NCBI GenBank assembly: GCA_051546255.1
Contig: CP128821.1
Location: 186,001 to 250,000, forward strand
Length of the DNA: 64,000 nt
Reading direction: 5' to 3'
Source of the DNA: Meyerozyma guilliermondii
Lineage: Eukaryota
The position numbers and the translations under genes were made by a program. Below, piece after piece: positions 59,844 through 64,000 of the stretch. Under the pieces are notes generated by a model that saw only the letters and a list, made by a program, of their open reading frames with translations, was not told the origin of the DNA and made no database searches. Within the stretch, counting starts at the first letter, position 1, and every line of letters starts with the position of its first letter.

Positions 59844-61507
59844 ATGGACCCACGTTACGATCCTAATATAGTTCCTGGAACAGTTCATCTCGTGGATATT
59901 GCCGGTGACCTCAATGCAAAAAGGTACTTCCGGAGCCAAAGATATCATTCTCCAACCTCAGCCGAGCAGCAACCCCAATGATCCTTTAAGATGGTCCCGG
60001 GCGAAGAAATTGAAACAATTTTGGCTCTTGTGGTTTTTGTCGTTTATGCTTGCGGTTTCGGTGAATTGGAGTGGGCCAATTTGGGACTGAAGACTTCAAT
60101 TGTTCGTTCTTTGATTTGAACGTGTCGTCTGCGTTGTGTTTCATATTCTTGGGAATCGGGTGCTTGTTTCTTCAACCTACCGCCTTGAAATTGGGCAGAA
60201 GATGCGTATATTTATTCTGCACTGTTCTTGTGACTTTTGGCAATTTACTCGTTTCTCAGGCTACTGGAGTACAGCATCTCTACGGCTCCAACATTATGTG
60301 TGGCTTTGCAGCTGCTCCAGTCGACTCATTGGTTGAAATTTCCACTACCGATGTGTTTTTCCAGCATGAAAGAGCAGAGTACCTTTCATGGTTTATCTTG
60401 TCTCTTTATGCTGGTTCTGACTTGGGACCAGTTGCCTGTGGTTATATTGTCGAGCACCTCAGCTGGAGATGGTGTGGATATATTCAAATCATCATCTTTG
60501 CTGTCACACTTGTGGTTTGTCTTTTCTATATGGAAGACACCACTTTCAGAAGAGACTACGACTCTTTGCAAGGAGAAGAAGAAATTATGCACCAGATTAA
60601 GAGCAGAGAGTCCTCGGTGGCTCCACAACCAGTTACTGAAAAATCTCGTGTCGTTATTGGTCTGGAATCAGACGACCTTTCTGATGCTGCATCGATTGCT
60701 TCTGTTGACCATTCTATTCCCTTGAGAACGTACTGGCAACGTATGAGGTTGATAGAGACGGAGTACTCCGACTTGCGGTCGTGGTTGACAATTTTTATAA
60801 GGCCATTTTTCCTTGTGAGCTTCCCTGCCGTTGTTTGGGGAGGACTCATCTATGGGGCTCAAATGATGTGGCTTTCTTTACTCGCTACAACCCAAGCTGA
60901 AATCTACTCTTATGCTCCGTACAACTTCTCTACTCCACAGACAGGCTTGACCAACTTGGGGGCATTGGTTGGTTCCATCATTGGTATGTTTTACGGAGGA
61001 AAATTTGTCGATTATCTCACTGTTAAATTGGCCAGAAGAAACAATGGTATTATGGAGCCCGAGTTCAGATTATGGGCTATGATTTTGCCAACTGTCTTGA
61101 ATGCAGCTGGTTTGCTTGCGTATGGCCTTAGTTCGGCCTACCAAGCACCTTGGGCCGTCTCTGTTGTCGTTGGTCAAGGCTGCTTGGGATTTGCAATGGG
61201 CTCATCTGGTTCAATTTGCTTAACTTATGCTATTGACAGTTATCCAAAGTTGGCTAGTGAAGCATTGGTATTGATGCTTTTTGTTAGAAATTGTATTGGC
61301 TGTGGTTTCACCTTCGCAATTCAGCCATGGTTGGACAAAAATGGGTTGAAATTGACCACCTGGTTGATGTTCATGTTGTCGTTGATTATCAATGGAAGTT
61401 TTATTTTGATGATAATGTTTGGCAAATCGTTTAGAAGATGGACCAAAGAACGGTACTACAAGTTTTCCGATCCTATGTTTGGAGAATTTTTCAAAGGAAA
61501 GCAGTAG
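59844..61507 (+). pseudogene. HOL1-like MFS (DHA1) transporter with two +1 frameshifts near the 5' end
   Basis: MDPRYDPNIVPGTVHLVD (frame from 59844), then DIILQPQPSSNPNDPLRWS (next frame), then DVFFQHERA, WRW, EPEFRLW (third frame). Shifts at about 59915-59922 and 60082-60086. Confidence 0.7.
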
Positions 61508-61676
61508 AGTTTAAGGGAATTGTTTAATGAAGAGATATGAATTAAGGGTAAAGTATAGTATAAGTCCTACATAAAAATCTGAACTAAGGTCTTTGTTTTG
61601 TTCGGCGAGAGTTGTACTATTAAGGTATTGTATTCACATTAAAAGTCCTGACTAAATGTCTTTATTAACGTCTGGA

Positions 61677-61759
61677 TTATTTCTTTCTCGAGAACAAGCT
61701 TCTCAACTTTTTGATTATTACTTCTTTCTCGAGAACAAGCCCCTCAACTTCTTGATGAT
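61677..61759 (-). repeat. 41-bp-period tandem copy of the SIT1 3' coding end
   Basis: 61677-61718 versus 61718-61759, 37/42 identical. Confidence 0.9.
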
Positions 61760-63655
61760 AATATCTTCATCGTAATCATTGAGGATAACCTCACCCTCCT
61801 TGTCCTTAACACCTTCATCCCCATGCTCAAGCTCCAAAGATTGAACAGATTCAAGCCTATGATCTCTCAAGCACAAAGTGGCGAAGAACAAAGGCACAAC
61901 TAAGCACAAGCCAACAATACACAAGAGTCTTTGTACGTGGGCATATGCCAACACAACCTGGACTCTTTCTGGAGTTCCCCAGACATATTGCTCAATGAAA
62001 CCAGGGAAACCAACAGAACCATATGGCGTATTATAAGCAAGCTCTGCAACCGTTTCAGAGAGTCCATGAGCTCTAAAATTCTTTTTGATTTGCTTGAGCA
62101 TAAGGTTACTCCACATGGCACCAGAAACACTACTTCCAAATGCAGATCCAATATTGTAACTTGCCAAGTAAATGGAGATCACAATGGCCATGTACTCGTG
62201 ATTGGTACAGGCTGCAATAGACACTTGGGTGGCATAGGTGAAGAATCCAGCACCAAAACCCATCAAACACAAACTTCCAATGACACCATTCAAGTATTTT
62301 TCTGATTGGATACCGTCGTTGTCACCCCTGTAGTGCAAGAGAAGACCCATGGCGATGAACCACATACAGACTCCAAAGATAATAAATGGCTTTACTCTTC
62401 TGAAGAAGACCACCACCAATCCAACAATAGTACCAGTGATCACCGACACAAAAGAATACAACGATGTGATTCTGGTAGCAGCTTTGACACTAGCACGCAT
62501 TCCAACCACCAACACAGTGTACATGAAATCATTGGGCATGTACCATACAAAGTTGATGAATATTCCAACGATGAGCGACGACCATACTCCTCTATCTTTC
62601 ACCAATTTCAAAGGTAATACTGGGTGCTTAGCAAACTTACCTTGCCAGAGAAGGAAGAATGGAATGAGAACAAATCCAATGACCAATGGAGCAATGATTT
62701 TTCCCTCTTTCCAAGTCTCAGAAACACCTCCAGCGATGGTGAAAGGAACTAAGATGAAACCAAAGATGCAAATTATGAAGAGAATACCGATCACATCCAA
62801 GTGCCAGAACAAGAACACAAGGTGGCTCCACATACGCTTGAACCAAGAGCCTTGGAACTGTCTTCTAATTTCTCTTTCTTCTTCTTTGAGAAGAGCCCAT
62901 TCTGGTGTCTTGCGTGCCCTCAAATACATATGGACGAAGCAGCAAAGAATTGGCACACAAGAAAGCGGGAAGATAAACGCCCAGATTCCAATACTGTAGC
63001 TCCAGCTATGAGCGGCAAGCAATTCCGACGAAACATTGCCGGATACCCAAGTATTGATAATGAAAGGAAGACCTGGAATAAACGAAGCAGCCATTCTCCA
63101 GTTCATATTGGAGAAATCGGCCAAGATAATCTGAAACATAACGATGACACCAGAGTATCCGATCTGATAAAGCACAGCACCTCCAGCAAACCGGTTGATG
63201 TCAAATGCTTGTGACTCAATGACAGTTCCCATGGCATAAAACAAAATGGAAATCACCAAGAGTTCGAGTCTTCCAAACACATCAGATAAACGAGCATATG
63301 TGGGCTGGGCAGCAGCGGCAACAACGGCTCTAATAACGTTGACAGTAGCCAATAATGAGTGGCTCAGGTATGAGGCAGTGGCATAACCTTGAAAAGTATA
63401 TCTGAGAGTACCATCCAACGAGTAACAGTACGAAGCACAAAAGATACTGACAAAGAGAATGATTCTCAAAACAGGATGTGTGTACTGGTCCGCAAGGGCT
63501 TCAGCCTTTCTGATACCAATAGATTTGGTAGTAGATTTGGCAACGGTGGAGTTGGGGTCGATGTATGGAACTCGGTTGTCTAATTGATCTTTGTTCGCAT
63601 CAAACAGACCAGTCCTCTTATCCAGACCTGAGTCTGTATGTTCAAGATTACTCAT
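61718..63655 (-). CDS. SIT1: Siderophore-iron transporter (ARN/SIT family, MFS)
   Basis: KSIGIRKAE, YSLDGTLRYTFQGYAT, QPTYARLSDVFGRLE, PFIINTWVSG, WYMPNDFMYTVLVVG; ATG 63655. Confidence 0.88.
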   Translation of the reverse strand: MSNLEHTDSGLDKRTGLFDANKDQLDNRVPYIDPNSTVAKSTTKSIGIRKAEALADQYTHPVLRIILFVSIFCASYCYSLDGTLRYTFQGYATASYLSHSLLATVNVIRAVVAAAAQPTYARLSDVFGRLELLVISILFYAMGTVIESQAFDINRFAGGAVLYQIGYSGVIVMFQIILADFSNMNWRMAASFIPGLPFIINTWVSGNVSSELLAAHSWSYSIGIWAFIFPLSCVPILCCFVHMYLRARKTPEWALLKEEEREIRRQFQGSWFKRMWSHLVFLFWHLDVIGILFIICIFGFILVPFTIAGGVSETWKEGKIIAPLVIGFVLIPFFLLWQGKFAKHPVLPLKLVKDRGVWSSLIVGIFINFVWYMPNDFMYTVLVVGMRASVKAATRITSLYSFVSVITGTIVGLVVVFFRRVKPFIIFGVCMWFIAMGLLLHYRGDNDGIQSEKYLNGVIGSLCLMGFGAGFFTYATQVSIAACTNHEYMAIVISIYLASYNIGSAFGSSVSGAMWSNLMLKQIKKNFRAHGLSETVAELAYNTPYGSVGFPGFIEQYVWGTPERVQVVLAYAHVQRLLCIVGLCLVVPLFFATLCLRDHRLESVQSLELEHGDEGVKDKEGEVILNDYDEDIIIKKLRGLFSRKK

Positions 63656-64000
63656 GGAAAAATTGCTCAAAGGAAAGAGGGGATGCTCTCTTAATATACA
63701 AGGCTAGGAAAAAATTTTTAGATGGAACTGATAAAATCGATAGCAGCCTCAATTCTTGGCCCTCCTGCACCGCGGACATACTGATGCACGTTGAGCCGCA
63801 CCGTCCCAATAAACTTTGTCCAAATTGGGATCAGCCTGGGCGCTTAAATGCACGAGCCGCTGGGCACTTTCCTGTGATTGGTTGCTTCGATATAATGTCA
63901 TGCAGCCAAGACGCACCATGCAAACAAATTTTATCTGATCATCGCTTGATTATGGTTGGATTCTGCAAAAACTAAGCAGAAGTTAAAAACTGTAGCAAGG

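Overview
Gene-dense, nearly intron-free budding-yeast chromosome segment. In-frame CTG codons fall at conserved Ser positions in several genes, so this is a CUG-Ser (Debaryomycetaceae/Metschnikowiaceae-type) yeast, and the supplied ORF track mistranslates CTG as Leu. It holds about 33 protein-coding loci: SNF2 (5'-truncated), WBP2-like, MTF1, RNA14, SAM37, PSG1-like, ZRT3, EDC1/PNRC-like, ZRC1, two tandem globin-domain genes, OPI1, PTR2, an orphan membrane ORF split by one TGA, RRP5, ETP1, CDC15, a four-copy tandem array of NADP-dependent MDR oxidoreductases (one copy with a premature stop), LEM3, SUP45-MAK5-BMT2, a hexose transporter, AAT1, PGM, GZF3, MRPS28, NNF1, SEC17, a frameshifted HOL1-like MFS gene and a SIT1/ARN siderophore transporter. 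I recognised no tRNA, rRNA, CRISPR array or intact transposon. The most unusual items are: (1) a tandem globin pair, one keeping the putative proximal His and carrying a long disordered tail, the other with His->Asn plus a polybasic CaaX tail; (2) the orphan 258-codon frame interrupted by a single TGA; (3) the oxidoreductase array with divergent PTS1-like ends; (4) a synonymously diverged relic of a SIT1 3' end; (5) a probable 5'-UTR intron in AAT1. All family assignments come from motif recognition by eye; no database search was run.
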